Assembly (NCBI RefSeq): GCF_964194025.1 | Contig: NC_134471.1 | Coordinates: forward strand, 81,406,001-81,470,000 | Source of the DNA: Convolutriloba macropyga | Lineage: Eukaryota | Length of the DNA: 64,000 nt | Reading direction: 5' to 3' | Shown: in pieces, positions 1-11,283 of the stretch | Position numbering within the stretch: the stretch's first letter is position 1 | Layout: every line of letters starts with the position of its first letter | Notes under the pieces: model-generated | The model's database searches: none | Told to the model about the DNA's origin: nothing | The model's input: the letters and a program-made list of their open reading frames with translations, nothing else | Program-made: the position numbers and the translations under genes

Positions 1-1416
1 AAACAGTGGCTGCAACAAGTAGTTAATGAGGGGCCAAAGTATGGACTCACCCTGAGCCAAAAAAAGCTTCCTTATCGTTTATCCAGACCATGTTGATGAA
101 GCCAAGAGTTGCTTTGAGCAAACCGGTTTGAAAATTGTTACTAGAAAACGTTATCTTGGAGGCTTCATTGGCGATAAAACTACCATGAAAGAATTTGTTA
201 ATGAAAAAATCAAAAATTGGCATGCTAAGATTCAATTTTTGAGCGCTGCAGCCAATTTCTGCCCTCATGAGAGTTTCTCGGTGTTCACTAAATCAGTCCA
301 GGCTGAATGGAATTTTCTCATGAGAGTTGTCCCAGGTTGCGATGAAATTTTGAAACCACTAGAAGATTCAATAAAAACCAGTTCATATCAACCGTAATTA
401 ACATTTATCATGTGAGTAATCCCCAACGTAGCCTCTCCAGCTTGTCTGCTAAGAATGGAGGATTAGGTATTCCTGACCCAGCGGTAAAAGCGAGTGAACA
501 GTTTGAAATGTCCAAGAAAACATCTTCACTGATTTCAGATTCTATTGTGAATGGAACGGCATTGGACGTCGACGCACACAAAACTCCCGTTCGCAGCAGC
601 AAACAAACTTTTCAGCTGGAAAATGAGTCCCAGCAGAGTAATACATATAAGGCTTTGTTAGAGCAAGCATGCTCATCAGAGAGAAAAAGAATGGAGCGGA
701 ATTTCAAAACGGGAAACTCTTGCTGGTTAACCGCAAAAGTGTCAGAGACAATTTTGTTTTGAACGAATTCCAGGATTCCATGGCGCTAAGATACGGTTTA
801 CCCCTAACAAACCTCCCTGTGAAATGTGACGGTTGTGGTGAAGATTTTCATGTTCAGCATGCCCTAATCTGCAAAAAAGGAGGCCTGATTACACAAAGGC
901 ATAATGAAATTAGAGATTTATTAGGAGACTTATCCTGCCTTGCATGGACTTACACTCAAAAAGAACCAGTAATTCGTGAACATTCAGAGAATCAGAAAGC
1001 TTTAAGAGCCGATCTTCTTATAAGAGGGTGTCTGGTGCCCGCAAGAAACTGCCTCGTTTGATATTCTTGTCACAGACACTGAGGCTAAATCTTACAGCAA
1101 CAGAAATCCAGAGGATGTGTTGGAAAGCTGCGCTGACGAAAAGAGGAGAAAATACTCCGAGGCTTGCCATGAAAAACATCGCTTTTTTCCGTTAATTTTC
1201 AGTGTTGATGGCATGATGGCCAGAGAGAGCAAAATTTTTCTCAGAAGACTGGCGGACAGACTCGTTTCTAAGTGGGACAAACTCTACAGCATTATCATGA
1301 ACTGGGTCAAACTGAGATTGAATTTTGCAATCTTAAGGGCTTCAAATCTGTGCATAAGAGGAACTAGATCTAAATGGAGATCGTTTCGCTATGAATATGG
1401 AGCTTTTATTCCTTAA
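1..1416 (+). mobile_element. Degenerate non-LTR retrotransposon of the restriction-like-endonuclease (RLE) class, CRE-like; 3' half (RT C-terminus, zinc knuckle, RLE), frameshifted
   Basis: Consecutive frameshifted ORFs (128-397, 412-762, 669-1061, 1117-1416) carry RYLGG, GGLGIPDP, CDGCG..HALICKKGG..RHNEIRD (CCHC), RADLLIRG..FD (RLE core) and EKRRKY..FFPLIFSVDG, in the order typical of CRE-clade elements. Confidence 0.85.
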
Positions 1417-2300
1417 AGAAATATGTTTACGTTCCAGTTGTAATCGGATAAAAGTTGTCAAATATTTATCACGATACTTGAGAGGACAGCGTACTTGTAG
1501 AATAAATGTCTGTTGGCATGGATTCAAAAAACTGTTTTATAAGTCACCCAATCAGCAGGGGCAATAAATTTTAACGCCAATTATTAGCCCTCTGATGTTT
1601 TTGTCACCCAACGAGTGGGGGCATCAAACTAAAATCAAATTGAATATGGTGCAAGCAACTTCAAATGGGCTCAATTTGAAAATGTCATCAACCCGAAAAA
1701 CTATATTATGTATTCAGAAGAAAGACCTCTAGCTAAGTTGTTGCCTAAGATCACAAGTTTTTGTTCTTACCTGATCTAAGTGGGGAGAACAAAAGCATAT
1801 TGCAAGAGGCCTATTTCTTGTTGTGAAGAAAAGAAACGGACTGCTGATATTTGATTAAACGAACTGCTAATCTGCTGTGTTGATGAGAATATCATGTTAA
1901 CCAAGTTAATAGTCAGCTGATTTTGAACTAAGATTTTGTTGCAAAAAAAATATTATTGGGCGAAAAAGTGGAGCAATGCGAGAAATGAGAACAGTATGAT
2001 AGCAATGTCTTGTAAAAATTCCAACCATATCTAATCAATTATTTCAATTTCCAGATCCAGTACTGATAACGTTCTGAATTTCGTTCTTATTCAGTACTGA
2101 ATTTGGCTTGGCGTTAGGTACGGGTTGTGTTACAGCTAGTCATCTTGCTTTAGCTAGTATAAAATTGCTCTCCTAAAGAGCCAAAATTGATCACTCTGCA
2201 TTTTTTGAAATGGTTTTCTTTCTTTTCGACGCTTGCAATTGTTTTTTTAAAGACATGAGTTTTTTTAAGGTAATCATTTTCGATTGTGGTTGTGTCTTAC

Positions 2301-2498
2301 TCTTTCGTGGTTGTGTCTGAGAGCGTAGTTGAGTCGGGCATAGGGGTCGTGTACTTTGTTGTGTGCCCTGCTCTTATTTTTGTGATCTGTCTCGTCCTCA
2401 AGAGCTAGGACTATGTTGACTTCGTAGTTGTCCGCTGCAGTTCCCAGCCATTCGGCCGCAAACACCTCCTGCTGCTCCGACAATTTTATGAACTCGTC
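2301..2498 (-). CDS. TRPC-like (canonical TRP) channel, internal exon (helical linker before pre-S1); gene continues off the left end
   Basis: ttttag|GAC ... AGA|gtaaga, 198 nt, phase 0/0. DEFIKLSEQQEVFAAEWLGTAADNYEVNIVL...YARLNYALRHNHER aligns by eye to TRPC '[31 protein letters not shown]...LARLKLAIKY'. Confidence 0.75.
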
Positions 2499-5456
2499 CT
2501 AAAAGAACACATCGTGTAACGGCTGCTCAACCTCAATTGAACCGTCCCGTTCGTTTTAGCGGCAACAAATCTGTCCTGATATTTGCGGTTCGCTTTTGTA
2601 ACTGTCTATCTGCTATATTTTTTTTTACCGCAGCATCACAAATTCAGTTTAACTATTTGCTAACCTTAGTTTTTTATATTAATTTGGATTGGGTTTAATT
2701 TACTACAGATCATGCAATACGAGATCTGGCAGGTTTTTTTGATAGCATTTCAAATTCTATTTATACGCCGATCCTCCCAATGTGCATGTCAATTCTCAAC
2801 CACTGATTAGTTCAGAAAAATGTCAGTTTTCTATGCAAAATTGACGTCAGAAATTTCTGTTAACCATGTCGAATATCCACCGAATATTCCAAATCCAAGT
2901 CAGGAATTCGGCAGGAATCCGCGTATTTAAGACAGGATCTAAAAGTCCTTGCTGCAATAAGTTCTTAGGTCATACAGCTAAACGCCCCGAAGCGCAGAAA
3001 GAAGTTCGATTTCCTGTTTGTGTCGTGACAGAGAGAGCAAGAAGATGTGAAAAAAATGAAAGAGCGAATTTTTTTCACACATGCGGCTTTTTTGACGCAA
3101 TTTTTAGGAGGTTTTCACTAATCTTTTTTAAGTAAAGTGGTTTTTCTTAACAATAATAACCAGTAACTGTACCCTTGGGAGCGTTTCCGACCGTCTCAGT
3201 AAACATTAGCGATTTATACTATTTTTGGAGCAGTTGGTGAGATTTTGCCTAATTTGAAGATTTTCAGCGGGATTTTGTTTCATTACTATGTTTTTGCTGT
3301 CTTGAGTAACTTTTTAGTTGGAATAAAATTTATGTTGTTTTTCCAGCTCTTTCTTCTTTCAAAAACACATTACCTTTTAGTTGAAGATAATCGGCCAATT
3401 AAACACTGTTGTTTCGTAATTTTTCCGTTTGAAATTGTCTGCCTAATTTTTCTTTTTTTTTCCGGAATTCTTTTCAATTGTTTTTTTTAATTAGGATTGT
3501 TGATAGCGTTGTTACTAAATGAAAACATTTAGCTGTTTGATGGCATATTTTAATTAAAATAAATAATTTTGGAATTTTGAGCACTTTTTCTTGCATATAA
3601 TTTCATTGCTTTCCAGTGATTTTGGGCGTTGCTTTGCTGCTTAATGAATCACCCGGAACCGTGCTGAGAACAGTATATGTTGAGTTGGGAACAGTTATTG
3701 ATATTTTGAAATGCTGAGAGAATGATTATTAAAATTAAAACTGTTTCTCAGCTTTTCTTCAGTTCTTCCCTCTCAGCTCGGTTTTTCTTCTTCAAGATGT
3801 GTGATTGGTTGCTCTCCAATCGTTTGATTATTATTTGCTGAGCACAATTAAATGATTTCGGCAAACTATTTTTTAACAATTTTTCATATTCGCAGCTTTT
3901 GATAGGTTTCAAAGAAGTTATTTTCATAGTTTGATTTTTCTACTGATAATTTGTTCTCCCTTTTTGTTTCAAATTGAATGGAATAATGAAGTCAACAGTT
4001 TTTTTAGTTATTGGTTGGCTAGAGTGTAGATTAATTGTTACTTCAGGTTGATTCCAGAGTCTTCAGTTCTGTATTCGTTAATGCTTCTCTTCAATGTTTA
4101 AACCAAATCATTAGAACATCATACCGAAGTTCACATCTGAGTTTTTAAAATCTCATGTCCGACTCAATTAATCGCCAAGTTAACTTTAGTTATAATCCAA
4201 ATTTTTGATATTCATCTAAATTTTAGCCCAGTGTTTTCTGCTAGACTTAAGCTAGCACGACCAATATGTTATGCTGCTCAAAATTACATAACGCGCTTTT
4301 TGAAACTTTTCACCGCATGCATGTAATGTAGACAACATGCATATTATTTTCAAGAATTTCGGTGCTAAAGTGTTTTAGAAATTTTCTCACATTTAATTTT
4401 TTTTATCGGAATTAAGTTATAATTAAATCTACTGTAGACTCTGTGTTGCTGTGCATTTTATGGTATCAAATGCTGCACCGAATAAATCTATTCAACCGAT
4501 CAAATCTGTTAAATAGCGTATTGGCAGCAACTGATTCATCCTAGAATTTTAAAATTCATCAAGTCTTTTATTTGCAGCAATCTGATTTTCTTATGTTAGT
4601 TTGCCCTGTTGGCGTTGGCGACGTGGATGCTTAAGTAATCATAGAGTTGAATAAAAAAAATGACAACACTTATCCCGAAAAAGGCAATTCTTTGATTCAT
4701 AAGAAGACCACGCTTGCCTGAAAATGCTCGTCCAAAATTTGAGTGAACAAACTATGCCGGAACCATGAAAAGTCGGATTTCTTTTCAATCGGATACTCAT
4801 ACTCGACCTTTTTACTTTAATCAACCCTCCCCCCCCCCCCTCTCCCATACTAGAATTACTAGAATTTTGATTGGCACCACACATACCACCGTCTATGTAA
4901 ATTGAACTTTTGTGCGTTTGATCAAGATTTTTCTGGACTTCTTGGGTGCAAAGCTTCAGGTCTTTGTACTAAGAGGTCATTTTAGTAGGCCTGTCTTCAC
5001 AATGGACGACGTCCTGACTGAGAGCTGCGTCAAAGTCATCAAAAGGGGAAGGAACTCGCGAGATGTCTTGAAATGAAGACACAAAAATATAGACTAACTG
5101 TTGCTGACATTCCCTAGTCGAAAATTAATGGAAAGTTTATAAAAATTCAAAAAAAGATGCTTTATTTTTACAATTTTTTACGAAAAATTTTTATCGAATG
5201 GCTTCAAGTAAAATGTAGAGCTTTAGCGTGAATTTAAGAAAAACTTTAAAAATATTAAAAAACAGTTCGATTAAAAATTTGTAAATTTTTTTAAAAATTT
5301 TGCATTATTTTCTAGAAGTTTTTATAAATATTTATAAATAATCCATTAATTTGAAAAAATTTATAAATTTTTATAAATTTCCATTATGTTTCCACCAGGG
5401 TTGATGCAAAAATCGTGGCTATGGTGGTTGTGGCGGCTTGAACGTGTGTTACTCAC

Positions 5457-5616
5457 CCGGAGAACTGGGAACATTTTGGCCAAGTATCTGCACCTCTGTG
5501 ACATTTGGAATGATGACATGAGGGGATCATCACTGGCTATGACCAGTGCATACGCAGGACTGGCCAGTGCCTTCATACTGTACAATATCGCTTCTCCACG
5601 CTCCAAAACATTCTTT
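5457..5616 (-). CDS. TRPC-like channel, internal exon (TRP_2 domain C-terminal part)
   Basis: ttttag|A AAG ... CGG|gtgagt, phase 2/0. YSMKALASPAYALVIASDDPLMSSFQMSQRCRYLAK matches the TRPC '[28 protein letters not shown]' motif. Confidence 0.8.
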
Positions 5617-5775
5617 CTAAAACAGAACAGCACACCTCAAATGCATTCTCATTCACTCACCACGCAAGTTTGGCACGACATTTTGATTCCTTTAAATACA
5701 ACACCTTTTGACGTAATGGTCACGCAACTCTGCTTGAAGTCAAGGAGAACCTCTGACGTTTATCGAGATCCGCTA

Positions 5776-7196
5776 CCCGGGTCGAGGAAAAATCGGAAAA
5801 ATGTGTAAGATAAGCGGTGAAAGATTGTTTTTTTTTCACAGCAAATTTTGTACCTAATTTTGCGGTGAAATGCGGTGGTATTATGTAAGTTCACCGCTTG
5901 ACTAAGCGGTGAACTTGCAAAATTTCACCACATTTCACCGCTTACCGTCCATGCACGGATTCGAACCTCTCACCGTCTGCATGTCAGCCACTACTTCTCC
6001 CACTGCGACACCTGGCACTGAATTCTGTCATATTTGTTTTGAATTTGTATCAAATTCAATCTACTTTCTGTAAAACATGCGCGTTTATTTTTTGTAAGAT
6101 AAGCGGTGAAATTACAAATTTTAGCGGTAAAATTGGGTGATTTTTGTAAGTTCACCGCTCACTCTAGTGTTGGCGAAACTACATTAATTCACCGCTTCAA
6201 AAAAGTTTCAGAACGATGTATGATTATTCTGGGTAAATTTTTTGTTGCATCTTAATTAAGGGCAAAAGCTATTCGGAGTGTTTTCTAAGCGCTGAGTTTA
6301 TGTAATTTCACCGCTACCAGGCGACAAACCTGATTTATGTAATTTCACCGCTACCAGGCGACAAACCTGATTTATGTAATTTCACCGCTACCAAGCGACA
6401 AACCTGATTTATGTAATTTCACCGCTACCAGGCGACAAACCTGATTTATGTAATTTCACCGCTACCAGGCGACAAACCTGATTTATGTAATTTCACCGCT
6501 ACCAGGCGACAAACCTGATTTATGTAATTTCACCGCTACCAGGCGACAAACCTGATTTATGTAATTTCACCGCTACCAGGCGACAAACCTGATTTATGTA
6601 ATTTCACCGCTACCAAGCGACAAACCTGATTTATGTAATTTCACCGCTACCAGGCGACAAACCTGATTTATGTAATTTCACCGCTACCAGGCGACAAACC
6701 TGATTTATGTAATTTCACCGCTACCAGGCGACAAACCTGATTTATGTAATTTCACCGCTACCAGGCGACAAACCTGATTTATGTAATTTCACCGCTACCA
6801 GGCGACAAACCTGATTTATGTAATTTCACCGCTACCAGGCGACAAACCTGATTTATGTAATTTCACCGCTACCAGGCGACAAACCTGATTTATGTAATTT
6901 CACCGCTACCAAGCGACAAACCTGATTTATGTAATTTCACCGCTACCAGGCGACAAACCTGATTTATGTAATTTCACCGCTACCAGGCGACAAACCTGAT
7001 TTATGTAATTTCACCGCTAAATTCAGCGGTAAAAGTATGCAATGTCACCGCTACCAGGCGATAATGTTTTTTTTTCTCACCGCATTCATTGCTTTTGTAA
7101 TTTCACCGCATTTAACGCTTATCTTACAAATCTTTTTGCCTTCACCGATTATCTTGCATAATTTTGCGTTGAATGGTGGCGACACCTCGACCCGGG
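5776..7196. mobile_element. Non-autonomous TIR DNA element (CCC...GGG termini, CMC/EnSpm-like) containing a tRNA-like cassette and a minisatellite
   Basis: TIR cccgggtcgagg (5776) / cctcgacccggg (7185-7196); many subterminal aagcggtgaa/ttcaccgct motifs in both orientations; flanks join to match an uninterrupted repeat copy near 16.6 kb. Confidence 0.75.
6297..7019. repeat. 37-bp minisatellite, ~19.5 copies (tttatgtaatttcaccgctaccaggcgacaaacctga)
   Basis: Exact 37-bp period; single g>a variant in copies 3, 9 and 17; no spacers. Confidence 0.97.
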
Positions 7197-7607
7197 TGAG
7201 GGGTTCGAGATATTAAGTCATAATTGTGAAGTGACTTCTGCAGAGTCACTTAACCATGCTTAAAACACGAAAGGCGCACGTTTTAAAATGACGAAAGTCA
7301 AGGGAAGTCAACATCTGGCTAAATAGCAACTTCTGGCATTTTGACTTCTGGCACTGCAGACTTTTGGCATTTTAAAATGTACACGTGAGCGTTTTAATCA
7401 ATTTTAACAAAAGCAAGTTCAAAACCAAAGTAAGTTTGAGAGATGGTACATATTTGAACGAAATGTTGCTTCAGTTTGCTGTAACTATTATAACGGGCCG
7501 GGTAATTAAGCTCAAATGTGAGACGTTTTCTGACTGCGCTCAATTCCTAATTCTACTATTACTTGGGGTGGGGGGGGGGGGGGTTGATATTGTCAAAATA
7601 AGTCTAC

Positions 7608-7774
7608 CTTTTTGATGAGACATCAAAGATTGAAGGAACTCGGAAAGTGGGGGAGGGGAGGGGCTTTGCCCCATAGTAGGTGAGGACTTTGAGAAGATCA
7701 ATGTTGTTGTTGACAGAGGCCACCATCACACAGTTGGCTCCCTTCGGATACAGTCCCCCACTTTTAGTTGACAT
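7608..7774 (-). CDS. TRPC-like channel, exon encoding the last ankyrin repeat; upstream exons not found (possibly in N gaps)
   Basis: attcag|ATG ... AG|gtagac, phase 0/2, in frame with the 5616 exon. YPKGANCVMVASVNNNIDLLKVLTYYGAKPLPSP resembles TRPC '[33 protein letters not shown]'. Confidence 0.7.
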
Positions 7775-8129
7775 CTGAATCAGTCACCCATTTGATGACG
7801 CAATTTAGGTTACCATGGCAACACAACAACCCACGTCTGGGTGCAGACTTATGAAAACACAATGCTTGACCAAACTGTACTATGAAAAGACCACTCGACT
7901 CATTTGAGCTATGAAAAGACTTTACCTTGNNNNNNNNNNNNNNNNNNNNNNNNNNNNNNNNNNNNNNNNNNNNNNNNNNNNNNNNNNNNNNNNNNNNNNN
8001 NNNNNNNNNNNNNNNNNNNNNNNNNNNNNNNNNNNNNNNNNNNNNNNNNNNNNNNNNNNNNNNNNNNNNNNNNNNNNNNNNNNNNNNNNNNNNNNNNNNN
8101 NNNNNNNNNNNNNNNNNNNNNNNNNNNNN

Positions 8130-8695
8130 ATTTAAGTCCAGATGGGAGGTTGAACGGAACACTGTGCTTCAAGTAATTGAACGATCGACGAGCTTTTACT
8201 AATTTTGTTTGAATATGAAGACTCCATTTCAACGTTTTGGATACCTCATTTCCCAGATCCGTAATATTATCAAGCGAAGGAATCTTGACATCACCAAGAA
8301 GTATATTATCCAATGACCTTCTACTAATATGTAAATAACCGCTTTTAGCTGAATTAAAAGACAAATAGTTACAATAAGCCCAAAACCGCAACGAGCATAG
8401 ATCATTTTGAGCACTATTCAAGCAGAATTTGCCATGGCAGAGCAATTTCGTGTCGTCAGCGTAGCAGAAAACTTTTGATACTTCGGGTACGCCAATCATA
8501 TCATCAAGAAAAATTAAAAGGAAAAGCGGTCCCAACACGCTTCCCTGAGGAACACCACTAGTAACTGGAAGGCTTTCTGATAAAACACCATCTAATTTAA
8601 CACATTGACGTCTAGATGATAAATAAGATTAATAAATTTTACAAAATTTTCGTCAAAACCAAATTGAATAATTTTCGAAAGCAGCGTGGAGTGGT
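8130..8695 (-). mobile_element. LINE (CR1/L2-group-like) reverse transcriptase fragment
   Basis: Minus-strand translation contains LPVTSGVPQGSVLGP..IFLDDM..YADDTKL..ITDLG..LKWSLHI; truncated at an N gap. Confidence 0.85.
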
Positions 8696-10172
8696 CCTGC
8701 TTCAAAACTAAGATGATTCTTTTCCTTTAGTTTTGCTTCCAGGCTCTTCAAAAAAGATTCAATTTTCCAATAAGGCTCTTTTCAACCAATTGTTTGGAAC
8801 ACATCTTCTCTGAAAATCTTTTGTACGTTTCGGTGCATCAATTCAATGCTAATACATTAACTTGATTGGTTTCTAGCCCACAAAGTTTTGCAAATAGTTG
8901 TTTTTGTTGTATTAGAAAAACGTCTTTCCTTCAATCAATATCACGTTGTTTTGATGCAAACTAATTAGTTCGTTGAAGTATTTTTGATTGAAAGTTTTCC
9001 AAGATTGTTTCCAAATTGCTAGATTTCTCTTGGGACAAATAAACTTTAAAAAACCCGCACTATACAGAAACTCAAAATTTTTGTCGATTTTTTGTTTTGA
9101 CACAGCACAAAAGAGCTTGAAACACACAATTCAAATGTTCTGATTCAATGATGATTTAGTCTGGCACTATGATCCAAAATGAATTTATACATCCAATCAA
9201 TTTACCCAAGCAAATACTTTCTGTTTTAATTAGCTAATATTTTAAGATAATTAAAAGGAAAGACATTTTCTTTTCGCATCTTTATGGATCATTTCAGGTT
9301 TAGNNNNNNNNNNNNNNNNNNNNNNNNNNNNNNNNNNNNNNNNNNNNNNNNNNNNNNNNNNNNNNNNNNNNNNNNNNNNNNNNNNNNNNNNNNNNNNNNN
9401 NNNNNNNNNNNNNNNNNNNNNNNNNNNNNNNNNNNNNNNNNNNNNNNNNNNNNNNNNNNNNNNNNNNNNNNNNNNNNNNNNNNNNNNNNNNNNNNNNNNN
9501 NNNNNNNNNNNNNNNNNNNNNNNNNNNNNNNNNNNNNNNNNNNNNNNNNNNNNNNNNNNNNNNNNNNNNNNNNNNNNNNNNNNNNNNNNNNNNNNNNNNN
9601 NNNNNNNNNNNNNNNNNNNNNNNNNNNNNNNNNNNNNNNNNNNNNNNNNNNNNNNNNNNNNNNNNNNNNNNNNNNNNNNNNNNNNNNNNNNNNNNNNNNN
9701 NNNNNNNNNNNNNNNNNNNNNNNNNNNNNNGCCAAGAAAGAATTCAGTGGATGCAAGTTTGGAAAACTTAGTTGAAACAAAAAAGAAAGATGGAAATTCA
9801 GAAAAGAGAGACCAGGAACAGCACTGTGGAGTTCATTTACTATAATTTGCCTATGATGAAATTGGGCACGTGCAATTCTACCGTTCAATATCTCCGTACC
9901 ACCAACAATTACAGTGTTTCTATTGAACGGTGGCTGCGTTGATCGGTTTTTTCAAATTTTGGCATTGTAACTGGTTAATGTAACGTTATCTTTATCCGCG
10001 GTGTTAGCGATCTGTCACCCTACAATAAAATTGGAGAGCTGTGGCCATGCGCCCTTATGCGAGGCTATATGACACAGCAGTATACCTGCGTAACATGCTG
10101 AAATGCTGTCCTGTACAATACTGATGAACCTTTTCGATATGCACTGGAACAGATAAGAGTTCAATAGGATTT

Positions 10173-10336
10173 GGATCTACTCTGTCCCCCCCCCCCGTGT
10201 TTTTTACGCCCCCCCAGTTACAATTTATATGTTGCTATGTAGCACTTTACTATGTAAAAAAATAGCACGTGCGCCTTGGGGCGTAAAAAATATAAGCCCA
10301 CTAAGCTGGGGGGGGGGGGGGAAACAGAATAGATCC
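10173..10336. mobile_element. ~165-bp MITE; related copy in reverse orientation at 31113-31278 and partial copy near 54840-54917
   Basis: TIR ggatctactctgt / acagaatagatcc with poly-C/poly-G subterminal tracts; shared core tagcacgtgcgcc. Confidence 0.7.
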
Positions 10337-11283
10337 AAGATGTTAATAGAAAAATATGTGTTTTAGACTGCATATGATAGCAATACAACGGCGTTCATTT
10401 TGCTGGGCTGGAATTTCAGGATCTTACTTGTGCTCCCATATAATTGCACGTGTGCAGGAGTGGTAGAACAGACCAGAACAGATATAGATTGTCCCATAAA
10501 CCTTCAAGCTCCAAATAATCGGCTTATGGCCTGAAATCAGTTTTATTATCGTGAAATTTATTTGTGAATTGTTGGAGCATATTTGAGATTGAAATTTGTT
10601 CCTCGTGGACCGGACGTAGTCTCTTAAAAATTTGCTTTTGTGTTCAATTAAGGATTTTTGAAAAAAAGTAGTGGAGAGAACAGGGGATGTGCTCAAACAC
10701 ACTTTTCCTCAAAATTTGTACATCCACCAAATTCAAGCAAGTTTTTTGGTTAAGGTTCGCGAGTCAACTTAACCCAAGAACTTCTCTCAGGCTGGCGAAA
10801 CTTAACCAAAAAACTTGCTTTCACTAAGAGAAAATCAGTTTTTCGGTGGTGAGAGTTCTTGTAGGGGGGGGGGGGGTCCGGAACCCCCCCCCCCCCCTAC
10901 AGTAACATGGCAGATATGTATACTACTTTAATCAAAATTTATTATCCTGTAAAATTATTTATTATATTGTGCATTTATTTCAATTTTTAACAATTTTTTG
11001 TACAGTCCCATCTAATTATTTAAAAATAAATTTATATTAAAAGAATTTAAAAGAATCATCATATTCTTTTGTTATCAAACCAAATAGCATAGCTGTATAT
11101 GGATTAGTATTGTTTGAAAATGTGAGATTACGTCAGTTCTGTTTTGACAAAGTGAGAAAACAATAAAAAGGTTAACATTGGGCAATGATGTTTTATTTCA
11201 GCAGATCGATGCAGCTGTGAAAACGCATAATGCAAAGTCAAATTATGGCCGAACCAGCGAATCACTGCTTTTACTATTTTTTG

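Noticed and set aside
5386-5808. 140-aa plus-strand ORF
   Set aside because: Antisense shadow of the TRPC exon running into repeat DNA
6297-7019. CRISPR-like array (37-bp repeats)
   Set aside because: Repeats are directly adjacent with no unique spacers, there are no cas genes, and the context is eukaryotic
9284-9888. ORFs spanning N runs (also 7904-8202 and 18614-19120)
   Set aside because: Artefacts of assembly gaps
10080-10530. Possible upstream TRPC exons on the minus strand
   Set aside because: Splice-like signals exist but the translations show no ankyrin or TRPC similarity
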